Part shown: one piece after another, positions 1-14,700 of the stretch | Position numbering within the stretch: the first letter of the stretch is position 1 | How the letters are laid out: each line of letters opens with the position of its first letter | The notes under the pieces: model-generated | The model's input: the letters and a program-made list of their open reading frames with translations, nothing else | The model's database searches: none | Told to the model about the DNA's origin: nothing | Origin: Oopsacas minuta | Lineage: Eukaryota; Animalia; Porifera | Reading direction: 5' to 3' | Assembly (NCBI GenBank): GCA_024704765.1 | Contig: JAKMXF010000319.1 | Span: 186,001 to 250,000, forward strand | DNA length: 64,000 nt | Program-made: the position numbers and the translations under genes

Positions 1-30
1 GTCTCTTCACACACACATCACTCTACCAAT

Positions 31-2841
31 ATGTCACTACTAGTACGTTCACTGTCTCGTTTCAGACTCTTACGTACGCAACTACGATTCAATTCGACAC
101 AGAGATTCAAGCAAGCTCTCCTCAACAACCCTGAAACACAGGTAACAACACTATCCAATGGTTTACGTGTAGCTACCGAAAATACTGGTCTTCAAACGGC
201 CACGGTGGGTCTGTATATAGATGCCGGTAGTCGCTGGGAGACTGAGAGTACGAACGGCACTGCGCATTTTCTAGAACACATGATATTTAAAGGCACAAAA
301 AACCGTACACAGCAACAATTAGAACTGGAAATCGAGAACATGGGAGCGCATTTGAACGCGTACACATCTCGCGAACACACCGTTTATTTCACCAAATCTC
401 TCAGTGTAGACATCCCTCATTGTCTAGACATACTCTCTGATATATTGACAAATCCCTTACTCCCTGAAGCAGCAGTAGAGCGTGAGAGAGACGTGATACT
501 ACGTGAAATGGAGGAGGTAGAGAAAAATGTGGAGGAGGTTATATTTGATTATCTACACCAAACAGCGTACCAAGGCACCCCACTGGCATACAGTATACTC
601 GGTCCTACTAAGAATATTCGCGGAATAACTCGATCAGACCTGATACGCTATATAACCACACACTACCACCCTGCTCGTATAGTATTAGCCGGTGCTGGAG
701 GGGTAGACCACGATCAGCTGGTTAAGTTGGGTGAGAAGCATTTTAGTGGGCTGGGTCGGACTATGGATGTTGATTCTTTTCCTGAGTTAGAACCAGCTTT
801 CTATGTTGGTTCAGAAGTTAGGGTTAGAGATGATGCTATGCCTGCAGCTCATGTTGTGCTAGGTAAGATTGTTTAGTTTTACTGCTTAATCTGTTGTGGA
901 TGCAGTTCAAACGTAAGCAGGAGCGGTTCCAGGATCTGGCTTATCCAGGGAAGGCCAGGTCCAATATTTTCAAACTACGGGCAAAAATTTATTGCATAAT
1001 AGGTAGTGTTGGTCCGATGACTGGACGTGACCAGGATTTTCAAACCCGGGGTAAATGGCCCGTTTGCCCCCTCCCCCCCTTGGTACCGCCACGAAATATA
1101 AACAAGGTGGTACTGCCATGGTATATAAATTACAAAACTTGACAATGGGAAGGATTGTCTAATTACAGTGTTTTTCTGTCGTAATTTTGAACGAGTGTTG
1201 CGAGACTAAGAACTTTGTCCAAGCAGGGCCGTAGGAGCACAATTTTTCAAGCAATTAACATTTTAGCTTTCTAGTTATTTGCTTTTAAGTATTACATACC
1301 TGCCAACCTGAATGGAGAAATGAGCGGGACGTAAAGTGCTAATTTATCCAGACATCGTGGAACGTAGCATATTTGTATTAGGCTGGACTCCAAAAAAGCA
1401 GGATAGTTAAGGTTTTTGGCACGTTTTGGCGGGACATTAGCCTAAATAGCCCTCAACATATGTTCAAAAACGCGGGACTTCCCGCCAAAACGGGACTTTT
1501 GGCAAGTATGGTATTAGTCTTATTCAAACCGCTAACAACCTGTTCTCAAATTAGATATATACGGTAGAACACAAATATAGTTAAGGTCCCACTGCCATGG
1601 CCCCCGGGGAAATGCCCCGCTTTTTCATAGTTCCTGATTAATATTGATATTATACAATTATGTAGGTGTAGAGGGAGTTGGTTGGAGTCATCCTGATTAT
1701 TTGCCTCTGATGATTATTGCTTCTCTTATTGGTGAGTTATATTTATTTGTTAGTTTAGCTCCTATAAGGAGATGTCCTAATGGTATGGACAGTGTGTAAT
1801 ATCCTTCTGTCCCTACTTCCGCACGATTTTGCGGAATCTAATAGTTAACTTTTGGAATTCGCAGGATTGGTAGTTACAAAAAGATGTCACACACACACTG
1901 GTTGCGCATACGGATGGACGAACATAACACATATTCCATCGTCCATTACAGTAATGCATCCCTATTGGAGCTAAAAACTTAATTAGTACTACATAACGAT
2001 CAACCACTCTATAGCGGCTACATGTACACAACAACCCCTTTTGGCCAGTCCCTTCGGTGGCCGTTATATACAAGTTTGACTGTATATTTATACCTTTTGG
2101 CACTTAGAAATGCTAGTTTTGGGTAAATTATTTCCCCGAACGCTTTATAAAGGAAGAAAAATATCGTTCAGGGCAATAATCCACGGGCAGCAAGGTGTCT
2201 ACAGGTAAAAAGGTTGGAAACCGCTTGTATAAGGGGACCATTTTTGTATTAACATTCCCGCCTGGCCATTTTCTAGTGTGAACTATTTTTGTCTAAACGA
2301 AAAACTCTCTTTTGAATTTTCCTCTCTTATAGGCAGTTGGGATCGTTCAGTTGGCGGTGGAAACAATCTCTCATCAAAACTAGCTCAAATGTGTTCAGAA
2401 ACAGACTGGATGTGGTCGTTCAACACATTCAACACATGCTATGCAGATACAGGAATATTCGGTTTATACTTTGTATGCGATAAGATGGAAATAGATAACG
2501 TTGTATGGAATATACAGCGTGAATGGATGCGTATTTGTACGCTTGTGACTGCAGCACAGGTCGAGCGTTCTAAAAACATCTTCAAGACATCACTATACAT
2601 GTCATTGAATGGTTCCACTCCCATTTTTGAAGATATAGGACGTCAATTAACCGTTTACGGTCGTAGAGTTCCATTAGCCGAATGGAATCATAGGATAGAC
2701 CAGATAGATGAAGATGTGATAAGAAGAGTAGCGACGAAATATATATTCGATCGCTGCCCTGTCGTAGCAGGTGTAGGCCCTATAGAAGCTCTTACAGATT
2801 ACAATCGGCTACGATCTGGTATGTATTGGCTCAGGAGCTAA
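31..2841 (+). CDS. PMPCB: Mitochondrial processing peptidase beta subunit (M16 family), 3 exons, 468 aa
   Basis: Exons 31-862, 1666-1731 and 2333-2841 are joined by phase-1 GT-AG introns (1407 nt = 469 codons). Arg-rich N-terminal presequence, inverted zinc motif [15 protein letters not shown], rebuilt middle exon [23 protein letters not shown], and C-terminus [14 protein letters not shown]. Confidence 0.96.
1295..1510. mobile_element. Non-autonomous MITE in PMPCB intron 1
   Basis: Terminal inverted repeats CATACCTGCCAA / TTGGCAAGTATG, with GTATTA on both sides (1289-1294, 1511-1516). A related partial inverted copy lies at ~2997-3085. Confidence 0.7.
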
Positions 2842-3087
2842 CTGTATTCGTAACCTTTCTATTGATATTTATGTAATTTAGCTAATCCTAATATAGATAT
2901 ATGTTTATCATTAATGTCGAATTGTCTTATTCTGTGTTGTACTCGTTACCGGGCAAGGAATAGAGAATTATCTTGGTAAACTTACCAATCCTTATTCATA
3001 CTTCCAACTTTCCAGTTTTTCGCGGGACTTCCCGCTTCTTTGGACATATGTTGAGGGCCAATGAGGCTAATGACCTGCCAAAACTTG

Positions 3088-3440
3088 AACCTGCTTAACG
3101 GCCACCTCTTATAACGGTCACCTGTACATAGCGGCCACCATTTTAGCTCCCTTACTGGCGCTAAACCTGTCTCTAATGGCCAATTTATATTGTGTTCGCC
3201 TCACATAATGTCTATCTTGGACAATTCCCTTGGTTGGCTATCATTACCCGCTTCCACTATATTATCTTAAAAATCTGTCACTTGTCTTAAATGCTAATTT
3301 CTCTATATCAGCACCATTAACATAAAGTTACTACCAAACTAGCGTATAACGGTCAACCTCTCTATAGCGGCCACCTGTATATCACGTCCAATTTTGGCCT
3401 GTCTCTTTGGTGGTCGTTATAGACAAGTTTGGCTGTATAT
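3088..3440. mobile_element. TA-flanked MITE family with TACAGTCAAAC / GGCCGCTATA motifs (Tc1/mariner-pogo-like)
   Basis: Contains AACCTGCTTAACGGCCACC, TATAGCGGCCACC and ends in GGTCGTTATAGACAAGTTTGGCTGTA. The same motifs recur at ~2000-2085, 11150-11286, 23340-23405, 37320-37350 and 60036-60337. Confidence 0.7.
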
Positions 3441-4628
3441 AATTTATCAATACCACTTGCTACTACAATTTTTGGTGACGTAACTTCTATTAGACTGATT
3501 TCTGCAATAAATATTTTGCATCAAAACGGTAGTTCTCGAATTGTTAATGAGAAATCTCAGCATAGTTTACCAAAACAAGTAATTCTAATAATAATATTGT
3601 GACTTTCAAAATCTCATATTTCGAGGTTGACCTGTCCGTATAATACATTCAAATACATCACGTATAAAGTATTATACAACTTGTATTCAAAGTATCAGTA
3701 CACTACTGATTTGATGTTACAGCTATTCATTCAACATCATTGTGGTATATGTAATTTGCATAATTACTGGTTTGTTTATTAATAATTAATAATATTCAAC
3801 TTTGTATCAAACTTTACCTCTTTGCCCCACGGATAGTAACCATAGGAATGCTTATAGACACTATTGTGTCTTATACAGTTTTGTTTGCATATTAAGAAAT
3901 TATCCACTTTGATTATTTCACTTGTAGACTTCAAATTATATATATATGCGTTTGGAACAGTTTTGCTATAAAGAAACATCGCACATTTTGTAAATACAAT
4001 ATACACACTGATTTTCTCTCTCATTGTCTCTAATCATGGAATTGTGACCGAGGGTGTGTTGACGAGCATAATTGGTTTAGGGATATATGCCAGGACTGTT
4101 TAAGTCCCAATCCGTCCCTGATTGTGACAATCTACAATGGTCGGCTATTGATAAATGAATTCGAAATTCGAAATGCCAGATTTCCAGTGATGGAACTGGT
4201 CAGGTACCGGGCAAATTTTCGACCGGCATACTGAAATTAACCAACAGTTTGATATACAAACAACGGAACCTGTATGAACCGACAGAGTTTCTGATCTGGA
4301 ATAGCTCCTGCCAATAAAAATTCACTTGCATAATCCAATAATTGCAAAACAGACACAATTTTCATCTCCCAACGAGTGTCGGATTATGCAGGTTCCGCTG
4401 TAATTATCTCGATTTTTGCGACACATCTCTCTCATATATTCACTCAAGTTGTCAATCTCACAAATTCGGTCTCAGCCCCTAAATCTGGCGGGTACAGCCC
4501 CCCCATGCAGAGGCGGCGCGAGGATGGGGCCTGACCCAAACATTTTCGTATAGCATTTTCTAACACACCATTATATTCTAAAATTAATACTTTCATAAAT
4601 CTCACAGTACTTAGCGTATTATCCTGAG

Positions 4629-7600
4629 ATGGCTACTCTGTTCTCACTTCCTATTGAGAGTTTAGATCCTACACAAATTTCCACATTCCTCACCAACTTA
4701 CCAATATTTCTTCCATCGCTCCAAAAACTTTTGACTGAGATATCAGAAACCGCAGAAGTGCCTCCATCATTCAAACTACTCCATGACGAAATAACCGTTT
4801 CTCTGGAAAAATTAAGAACACACGCGACTAGGCCCCAGAATGACAAATCACCAGATTATGCTCCGATAATGAATAAAACAGTATTTTCCCGTGCAAAACA
4901 TAAGCAAGGTAATTTGCTATACAAAATCATAACAGACGAGGGTGAAGATTGGGTCCAGCATTTTGTACGTGTTCGGGAGAATATTCTAGAAATTTTCCTA
5001 GAAGAACCTGCAAAGGAACAGACAGAGTTTTCCGAAAAACCCTTGAAATCACTGACACTCGCAACATCTTTCACTTTTATATTAGACGGCAGCCAAGCTG
5101 GTTTGAGTAAGCCAAATTCATTTGCTATTCGTTTACAAGCTGGGAAAGAAAGTCATGATGAGTGTTTTGTATGTTCGTCGCCTTCTGAGTGTAGACATTG
5201 GTTGGAAGCTCTACAGATAGCACAGACACAATCTGAAACAGTACATATGCCACCTGACCCTACAACATATGAAGGTTAGTACTGTGTGATTCTCTTATTG
5301 TTTACGACAATATACTTAGAGTTATCGGAAAATTCGTTGCATATACATTAAGATTGGTCTTTCATCGTTCTTAGATATTTTGATGTACTCCTCGGCAGGG
5401 GTGTCGAACTTTCTAACAACTTGAACGATCCAGGGGGCTTACACATTACGTATTTTGTATTAGCTCTATGGGGCTGTAACCACACGAGGCGGAGTTTGAG
5501 AAATGCACGAACTCCACCATCCATGGTTAAATATCTAATAAGCTTTAAAAGCAACCCTCACAACTAACCTGCTTTCATAGAAATTGATGTAGAAATCTAC
5601 ATCAACTCTACGAGCCTACTTTTGTGGGTTATACATATTTCTAATGAGTACGATATCTACGTAGCATTTATATGATCCCACACTTGTAAATATGTATAGT
5701 GGGAGGTGGCAGCCATCCAAGCAACCCTCACGAACAGCCCATTGTTATTTTCTTATTTATTAGCGATAGCCTTTTGTAATAATGATTTTTCCCAATTACT
5801 TCAATTTACACAATCCACAGACAGAAGATCAATCATACAGATGTATGCTATTGATAAATTTTAGATTATTCAACATATTTACCCGAATAATGTAGCGTAT
5901 GTGTATAAATATCTTTCAAGAAGTACTCATAAGCGCAAGTCCGCGCAATTTGGACCAATTTGGGCGCAGGAGGGCGGCACAAAGGATCTGGCAGAACCGC
6001 GGCAAAACTTTGTGCTAAATTAGACAGGATCTGCTTTAGTACCTCCAATCAAAATATTCGAACGACGAAATGTCGGCGCACGAAGTGTCCGAATGCCCAA
6101 TGGGCGTGTTTTAGCCAACCCGATGCACGCATTGATGATCTTAACTGTACTGCTTTGTTTCTTAATCGATTAATTCAGACAGAAGATTGTGGTATACATT
6201 TTTCCATAGAATTTTAAGAAAAACCAATTAATTCGTAAGAATTCTATTCAATGAAAATATTTTAATTACAGAAACGTTAATAATTCAACTTTAATTAGAA
6301 GAAATGACTAGAAATTATTATAATTATTTCTATTAATTCGAATTATATTTGATAATGGACATTCTTACGATTATCGCTAACTTACAATACCTTACAAGGT
6401 CATTTAAAATATTTGTCTATTCATATACGTCATTAGAAAATTACTAAGCTACCCCACTGTTAGTTTGAAACTTGATTCTGCTCCACTGCCTGCATCAAGT
6501 TTGCCTGCCGCATGAATATTGTCATTATTACATTTTAACACGCTCAATAAACGTATTTCTACTTAGAGTCATTAAAGTTTCCATGAGTTTCCCACTTTGA
6601 ATTACGATAACGTTATAATATATAATGTACTGAGATGTGATAATGATTTTCCCAACGCAGGCATGCTTAAATAGACATCATATGGAGCTAAATACGTTGA
6701 TCATCAGCTTATTAGGCGTCTAAAATATTATGTCCTAAACCTTGGAACTCTCCATTGAACCGATCAGGGCTGAAGTTTTACGTTCGTAATGTAAAGGAAC
6801 ACTATTATTATACCAATTCCCACACCAACAACGAGATTTAGCACCTTTTTGACGTCATAAAATCACACATTTTCCCGGTAGTACTCTGTTAAATAAAGCA
6901 GCATTTTTAGAAGGACGGAACCTTTGAGTTCCTTTGTTTACTTTATTAACTATTACTACTGAATTTGTACAATGTATTATTCAAACACATATTTATCTCC
7001 AATTCTATTTCATAGGGCCACGAGAGCTACCAGATCCGTTGTTTCACTATGAAGTCCCACGAGTGAATTTTCGCAGAGAATCATTCAGTCGGGTAAGTAA
7101 AGCATCATCAGGATCATATGATAGAATTTCTGGGGACTCATCAATGCCCGATCTCAACGTATCACAAGATAAGAAACCATCTGGTCGCTTTAGGAACCTA
7201 GTCACAAAGCTGTACAAGAAGGATAAAGAAATTTCAAGTCCTATTTCAATTGATCTACAGAAATTAACTCCCATTGGCATATCTATTGCTGGTGTTCTCA
7301 ATGTAAAGTTTTACATGTCAAATGAGCCACAAGCATATTGGTCTATATTAATATCAACAAAACTATTTCTCTATGAAAACTATGAGAAACTAGCCACACA
7401 AACTCCGAGTTATTCCCTAAACATGCAGGATTTCAAATTTCAAAAGGGACCACCATCAGAATCAAAATTCAAATTATTCCACAACCAAAACAGTGTTGAG
7501 AATATTCAAATAGAAACTAATGCTAACCAATCATGGGCAAAATCTATTATAGCGATCGCGAATGCATTCGATTTCACAGATGAAATTGGAGAAGACGATG

Positions 7601-10413
7601 AGGTACAACCTGTATACGATATACCTAAGAAACAACCACGCGTCACTTCTGTTTTTGTCACACCTGATAACGAAATTTCAGTTTATGATGTCCCATCACA
7701 AAAACCGCGTATTGTCCATCAAGAAAGCACACCACCTCAACTACGTCCTGAGGATATGTATGACGTGCCTTCTAAAACCCCTAGGCCTGTCAAAAGTGAA
7801 GGTACACCTCCTGAAATGCGGCCACAGGACTTGTACGATGTTCCTTCTCAAAATATTCGTCCGGTCCATAGTCGTGAGGATTCAGACATAAACGAAGATA
7901 TGTACGACGTGCCCTCAAATCGACCGGTTGTCCCACCGCGTCCAAACTTCTCATACGGTTCAGTGTACTGCGATTCAGACTCACCACCTGTGTCACCTAC
8001 TAATGACCATCCTAGAGAACAAATTCATAGCAAGTTTTCGCCCCCACCTGCTCTGCCCTCGCCAAGACCTATCGATCCAGTTATTCGTTCTTCTAACCCG
8101 GAAATAACTAACATTGACAGTGCGAGCCCTGTCTCAGTTGAAGGGTTTTTAAAACTTTTGACGGACGTCAATCAGTGGACAAAATTCTTCTTCATATTAC
8201 GTGATAGGTTTTTACAAGCCTTTGATGACGTCACGAAATTGAATTCGCCTGTTTTGATTCTAGATATTTCGTGTTCTGATTTTTCATTCATTCCCCAAGA
8301 AGAGTCGAAACGCAAGTGTACTTTTTCTCTAGGAACTTCATCTCTCATATTCAATCCAGCTAAGAAAACATCAAGATTCTCATTCCATAATGATTTTATT
8401 TTCGCAGCTGATTCTTTTCGCGAGTTCAAAACCTGGCGTACGGCAATCTTTGAGATTCAGGGCGTTTATATGATATCAAAAAAATCGAATTCGTTCGACC
8501 AGTTGGCCACCTTTGACGAAATGAATCCTAGAAAACCAAAGCCAATTCGTAGAGTATTCAGTTCAATGCGAAGACGTGAATCTACATGGTATGGACGAGC
8601 TGAGCAAAAGTTTGTACCTGAAGATCACGTGTACGTGTCAAAGACAAAATCTAAAAGTATATCATTACCAATTACGAGTAGGAATTCTGAGAAAATATAC
8701 TCGCGTGTATATGAGACTAATCAGGGTAAGGACCCGGGTAACGGTGTTCTAACAGGGTTTTTATTGATATTCTCCGGTACTGAATGGAAGAAACATTGGT
8801 TTGAGCTGCGAAATATATTCATCACTTGTTTTGAGTCGCAAGAATCAATTCGCACAATTTTCGAGATAGATTTATCAAAATGTAAAATCACGGAAGCATC
8901 AAAGGAAACAAACCGTGATTTTTCCTTCAAGCTAACCAATACAGCTGGTGATATTGTGTACTTCTTTTGTGCAGACAATGAACATATATATACCGACTGG
9001 ATTACTGCACTGATATTGATTTCTATTAGAAAGTCAATTACTTCTCCTCCTCTACCCGATGAGGTTGCACAAGACTCACTAGACGGTTCAGGACTTTTGA
9101 ATGGAAATTTACCGAATGATTCACCCACCAAATCACCTCAATTTAAGGGAAATCTACTCAAGCGGACATCGAATGGGAAATGGGAACAGCGTTATTGTAT
9201 AGTCAAAAACTGTGTAATGTTGATATACAGACCAAATCAAACCACACCATTACAACGAATACAGTTAACTGACTCACTAATAAATGTGTGTAATAGTTTA
9301 GATGTGTTGAAGAATCATGCATTCGAAATTCGCGTTGTAAATTCTCCTGATTTACACCTTTTCGCGGCATTTTCAGAGTCTAAACTCGAGGAATGGCTTT
9401 CAGGTCTCCGTAATGCTTCTTCGCCAAGGAGTCCATTCGCATTAACAGACAGTAGTTCTTCACAGGAGAAAATCGATACTTCCCTTGACTCAACTTTAAA
9501 CAAACTAACTCCAGAAGTTAAGAATTCCAGACCACCCAAACCTACACGATCCGGTAGCACTCGCGAAGTTTCTACACAGCTTGATAAATTGCCAGCCTCG
9601 CATCTACAGAATCCATCAAAAGTTGGTAAACTTGATTATCGATCAGTTTCTTCCAAAGTTTGGGGCAGACGGCACTGTATTGTCCATGATCTATGTTTGT
9701 ATATCTACCTCCACCCTAGTAGTGAACATCCGCAGAAAGTTTTCGCACTTCCCGGCTGCGAAATTAAGTCTTCTTGGCATGAAACCTCGAAATATCTATC
9801 TTTTTCAATTGAAAATCGTACAATGAAAGCGTATTTATCCACCCAATCTCTACACGATATGCAAAAATGGGTTGAAGTCTTGACAACCATCGCGAATTCA
9901 GCGACCAGCAGTAGAGAAAATGGTTTAGATTTACCCGAAAATTCTAGCGAAATTCCACACTACAAACTCCAGACTAGCACCCCGAATCAGAATATGAAAG
10001 CTACAAATCATGCAGAAATTCAATCATTGATTTACCATTCAAATAAAGATGTATTTGACACGTATTTCCATTCAAATCAAGCTTCAACGAATCTCCGAAA
10101 TTCTATTGAATCCATTCAAAAGAAGCGTTCTAACCTACAAGGACATCTGTTGAAATTGAAACAGAACAAACAGAAAGAACCGGAGAAAATCAAGAAAATC
10201 AAGGAACTTTTGGCCAAATACGATGAAGCTATTCAAGAATTTCGTGCTACAATGGAATCGAATAAAACAGAAACTTCAAGCACAATTGCATTCCTCGAAA
10301 TCCAACTGGATAACTCACTTAACGGTTTGCGGTCATTGACATTGTCCAATGGTGAATTATCATTAAGTAATGGCATCCGTGGAATCTCATTTGACTCAGA
10401 AACATTGATTTAA
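4629..10413 (+). CDS. Multi-PH-domain scaffold (AFAP1-like layout): six PH domains, five YDxP motifs, C-terminal coiled coil; 2 exons, 1347 aa
   Basis: Exons 4629-5274 (GAAG|GTTAGT) and 7016-10413 (CATAG|GGCCA), phase 1, 4044 nt. Six segments show the PH pattern G-L...W..R/K.W/C...F.....W...L (e.g. KQGNLL..HWLEAL, VEGFLKL..TWRTAI, LTGFLL..DWITAL, FKGNLLKR..EWLSGL, KVGKLDY..KWVEVL). C-terminal heptad-rich helix. Confidence 0.85.
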
Positions 10414-11461
10414 AATAATATTATAGTAATAAGCTCTTTCATTTAAAACGCACCCACAAAAACCTTTCAATTTTGTAGGCTTTGAACATTAATTAAGCAT
10501 TCGATATTTTCAAATTGGGTGCTATTTTATTTTCTCAGGCATTATTTTAACCACATATGTATCTTTATTATCTCAATGTTCTGTGTATGATATTATGTTC
10601 GGTTTTTAAGCAGGGACGGATTGTGTGTAAATGGTGCTCCTCTTGGTCCTCTGTATCAGCATTATCAATTCCTCATAATTTTTATGTCTACTCGTACTAT
10701 TGCACAAATAGTGTTTCTGCATCAGCTGCCAAAAGTAAATGAGAACACTTTTTAAGTAATGCATGTATGATGTATGGCATAAATATTATGAACTCTCGGG
10801 TTAGTGGCATTAAACTTTTGGCCTGTAATTCTGCAGCCCTGAATTGTTCACACAAGATTCAAACTTTCAACTAATGCAATTGTTAATTTATCATAATGAT
10901 AGGCCCTTCCTGTGGCAATGCTAGCTAGCTGCTATTGGTGGGGCACAGGCCCTACCAGGCCTCACCCTCGGACCGCCTCTGGGCCCTTCTCATGTGATCA
11001 ATGTTTATCTTAGTATGCATTTATGTAATTTAGTTTTCGAATTTTGGAATTTTATTAAGGCAAGTGATCGATATGTAAGATAATATAGTGGAAGAAGTTA
11101 ATGATGGCGACCCAAGAGACTTGTCAAAGGTAGACCTTATGGGAGATGATCGCTATATAAATTGGCCTTTGTAGATAGGTTTAGCGTCAGTAAGGGACCA
11201 AAAATGGTGGCCGCTATACAGAAGTGATTATAATGGGAAATCGGAGGGGACTGTTTTTTAAGTGGGCGTTAAGCAGTTTGACTGTATATTTCTAACTTCC
11301 ATTATATCCAATTGATAATGTGTTTTGAAGCTCTCTACGACTCAAACTAATGTTTTAGTGTCAGGTAACGGCCTTGGATCATGGCATCCGGGCCGGCCAA
11401 AGACCCGGACAATAATTTATGAGTTACGACACCCATAGTCGACATGTTAGAAAGAGAAATG

Positions 11462-11672
11462 CAGGGGCGGATTAGCGTGCCGCGGCAGCCCGAGAAAAAA
11501 CTTTTGATGGCTAATATTGTATTTAACATTAGAACTCAGATAAATTCTTATAAATAATTGAAAATAGTTAAAACACAAAAATGTTAGCCAAGTACTTCTC
11601 CAGTAACTAAGGCTCCAATCAAACCGGCCCATCTGGAACTATCCAGTGTCCCACCGGGCTAATCCGCCCCTT
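11462..11672. mobile_element. hAT-like MITE
   Basis: Inverted termini CAGGGGCGGATTAGC / GCTAATCCGCCCCTTG. Confidence 0.55.
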
Positions 11673-11739
11673 GGAGGAACGCAACATCTTCAACCACGAA
11701 ATATATTAACTTTATTTCTCATATTTTTAGTCTAGTCAC

Positions 11740-14700
11740 ATGTCCAATAATCCCAAACGCTCAGGCCTTCCACTAAAATGGAATTTAGAGTCAGTAAACT
11801 GGTTCCATGAGGCACTACTAGAGCATGGAAAAGATTTTGATAAAATTTCATTTTCTATGTTGAAAAAGTCAATCAGAAATAATCCACAAAAAATTCCAAA
11901 TCACTTAACATCAGTTGGTGTTCGTTACTTTTACTACCGTAACTTGAGGAAAGCTTCAAATTTGCTTCACGCTTATGAGTGTAGACATCCTACAGCACCT
12001 GGTCTTGCAGGTGTAGCACTCAAAAAGTCTGGACAGAGTACTTTCAATGGAAATACTGCTTCACCGAAAAGAATAAATTCAACTGAAACTGAATCCAATA
12101 AAAGTGATATGGTAAGGAATTTGTTACTACAGTTAACCAGAGCCTCAGACTGGATCGGAGAGGCCCTGGCCATTTTACTATAACCCCGAGAATGAGTACA
12201 TACGTACAGTAAATTCCCGTGATAACGAAGTGATTATTACCCCAAATAGCTTGAAAGTAATCGATTTTACTCAGCACTTCGTTATAACGAGCGTTTAATG
12301 TAATTCCTATTGCCTTCAGTGTCGCCTATTCAATCGATAATTATTACAAATCTTGGTTTATTTGTCAATTTCTATCAATTGATGTCATTTTCATGGCTGT
12401 GGCTACAGTGCAGGCAAGGGCAGGTTATTAAAGTGTTGAATGTTTGGATGTGGTTGCCAGCACCCAATAGTTTCCTTCTCCAAGTTCCGGCAATTGCAAA
12501 TCTCAAATTACCACTCTAACACCTCAAGGTAAGTCTGAAAATGACCAAAACCATATCTAAAGGAATTGTAATCACTAATCTAATGGGAAGACACACTTCA
12601 ACGGGGACCTGTATTTGTCAGAATTTTCAATTGGCATTTATCAGAATACTCGTAACTGTCACTTGTCAGAATCAATATTTGGTTGACTGTCACTTGTTAT
12701 CGTCGGATCTGGAGCAAGCTGTGAGTTACTGAGAGTATTTAGAACTCACGTTGTATTTGGTTAGGACAAGTGACAGTCAACCAAATATTCATTCTGACAA
12801 GTGACAGTCACGAGTATTCTGACAAATGCATGCACCTCCTACATTCTATTATCTTTTCATGGTAAATAGCTCATGAAGGTTATATTAGCAATTCACATTG
12901 TCTTTTAGGTAACAACAGTTGTAGCTAATGAGAACAAAGACTATCCTGATAGCACCAATAGTCCATCTAACTATACAACACAAGAACAAGCTAATGAGAT
13001 ATCTACTGGGAAACGGTAAGAAATTACAATAGGCTCTGGGGCGTAACCAGTGGCGATCCCAGGAGGGATCGGATATGCCCCGGGCTATGCAAAATCCTGG
13101 GACCGTCCCTGAGAGTAAATAGAACCTTCAGACAGAGGAGGTGACGATGGATATTCACCTCATTAAATAGCAAATATAATATAGATAGCCAGATAACAAT
13201 ATTCAGCCATATCTAATATTTCCATGCAAATAATGCTATTTTTGGCCTAGGATTATTACTAATGGTCGCTAATCCCGCTATATAGAAGTCGATTGGCTTT
13301 TGTAATTCGTCGTTATGTGGAAGTGAACGTTATGCTCAGTCGTGAGGGAGTTATTTATAAATATACGATGTCTACTGTTATAGTCATGCTTTCCAACTAT
13401 AAAAAGGAAAAAATTGTATTATTTGCATATATAATTCGAAATCCAGAAAACAGTTTCTAAGGGTTGGTAAGGCTGACTGTTTACTCTAATTTATTAGTAC
13501 ATTACCTTTTAGAGGTGAAGACCCTTCCAATGAACTCAACTTACAAGTACCCACCAACACAAATACAACTTTAACACAACAAGAATCTGAAGAATCAATT
13601 CTGACTGATGTTGATAATCCAACCACAAATCATGTGACTAAGGAATTGTATGAGAAAAATTGTCAGTCAAAATCTATTACAAAAGAACAAATAGAAACAA
13701 CTAGTAATTTGAAAAATATTGAAAAAAGGAAAAATGAAAATACAATAGAAGAACCTAGCAAGCGAGATTTGACGAAAGAATGGGTTCAGATAGAGGGACT
13801 TGGTAGATGTTCCCTCGATTTAATCGCAGTTATTTGCTATACAAAATTACATATTATTCTAGGCGAAAAGATAAATTATCGTAATAAACTCCTTACTCAT
13901 CGTATTACAAGTTATCTAGGTGAGTTAGTGTATAAAGGAGCTACAAAATATCGTAACAGAGGTCACATTAAACGGATAAAACTTCCGAATTGTAAAGTAC
14001 TGAAAACTCCAACTTTCACTGTTGATAAATTGAAATTACAAAATGATCCCGCTGCTTTGGACACACATGCTAGCGGGAATAATAGCGACTCCAGTGGAGA
14101 TGAGCGTCCAACATCTACAACCAATATCGCTGTTTTACATAAACCGAAGAGATCGAAATTACGTGTAGGAAAGAATCTATTTAACGTCCGTAAAACTGTA
14201 TCACATTCTACACAGACGGATATATCTTGTATAAGGGAACAACGTTTTACCAAAAATCATAATATTTGCATTGAGTTTGTGCCTAGAGATGATTTGACGT
14301 ATAAAATTGTACAATCCATTGCGCAAAACCCACATTTACGAATTTTCGCATCACCGAATACATTTTTCGCAAATATAACTACTTTACTTAACACAAAATG
14401 GAAGAAACTTTTCGCAAGATCAGCTGACTTGACTATTGATTTCGACTTTGAATTTTCTGATACACAAATGGCAGATATGCCATCTCCTTCTAACCAATTT
14501 CTAACACACAATTTCACTGTTAAAGAGCTACTAATCAGTCAAATAAATACTTTGCCCAAACCGATTGAAGTAGAAGCATCAATTCTCCGTTTAAGATACC
14601 ATTTCTGTACAAACTATGAGCATGTATTGATTGATGGTATCGATAGCCAAATATCACCATTATCAGCCCTGGTTCAACTGCTGAATACCATCAATAAGTG

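Noticed and set aside
6934-7015. ORF-track N-terminus MFTLLTITTEF for the large PH protein
   Set aside because: It starts at TTG and lies in the intron's pyrimidine tract; a phase-compatible acceptor at 7015 links to exon 4629-5274.
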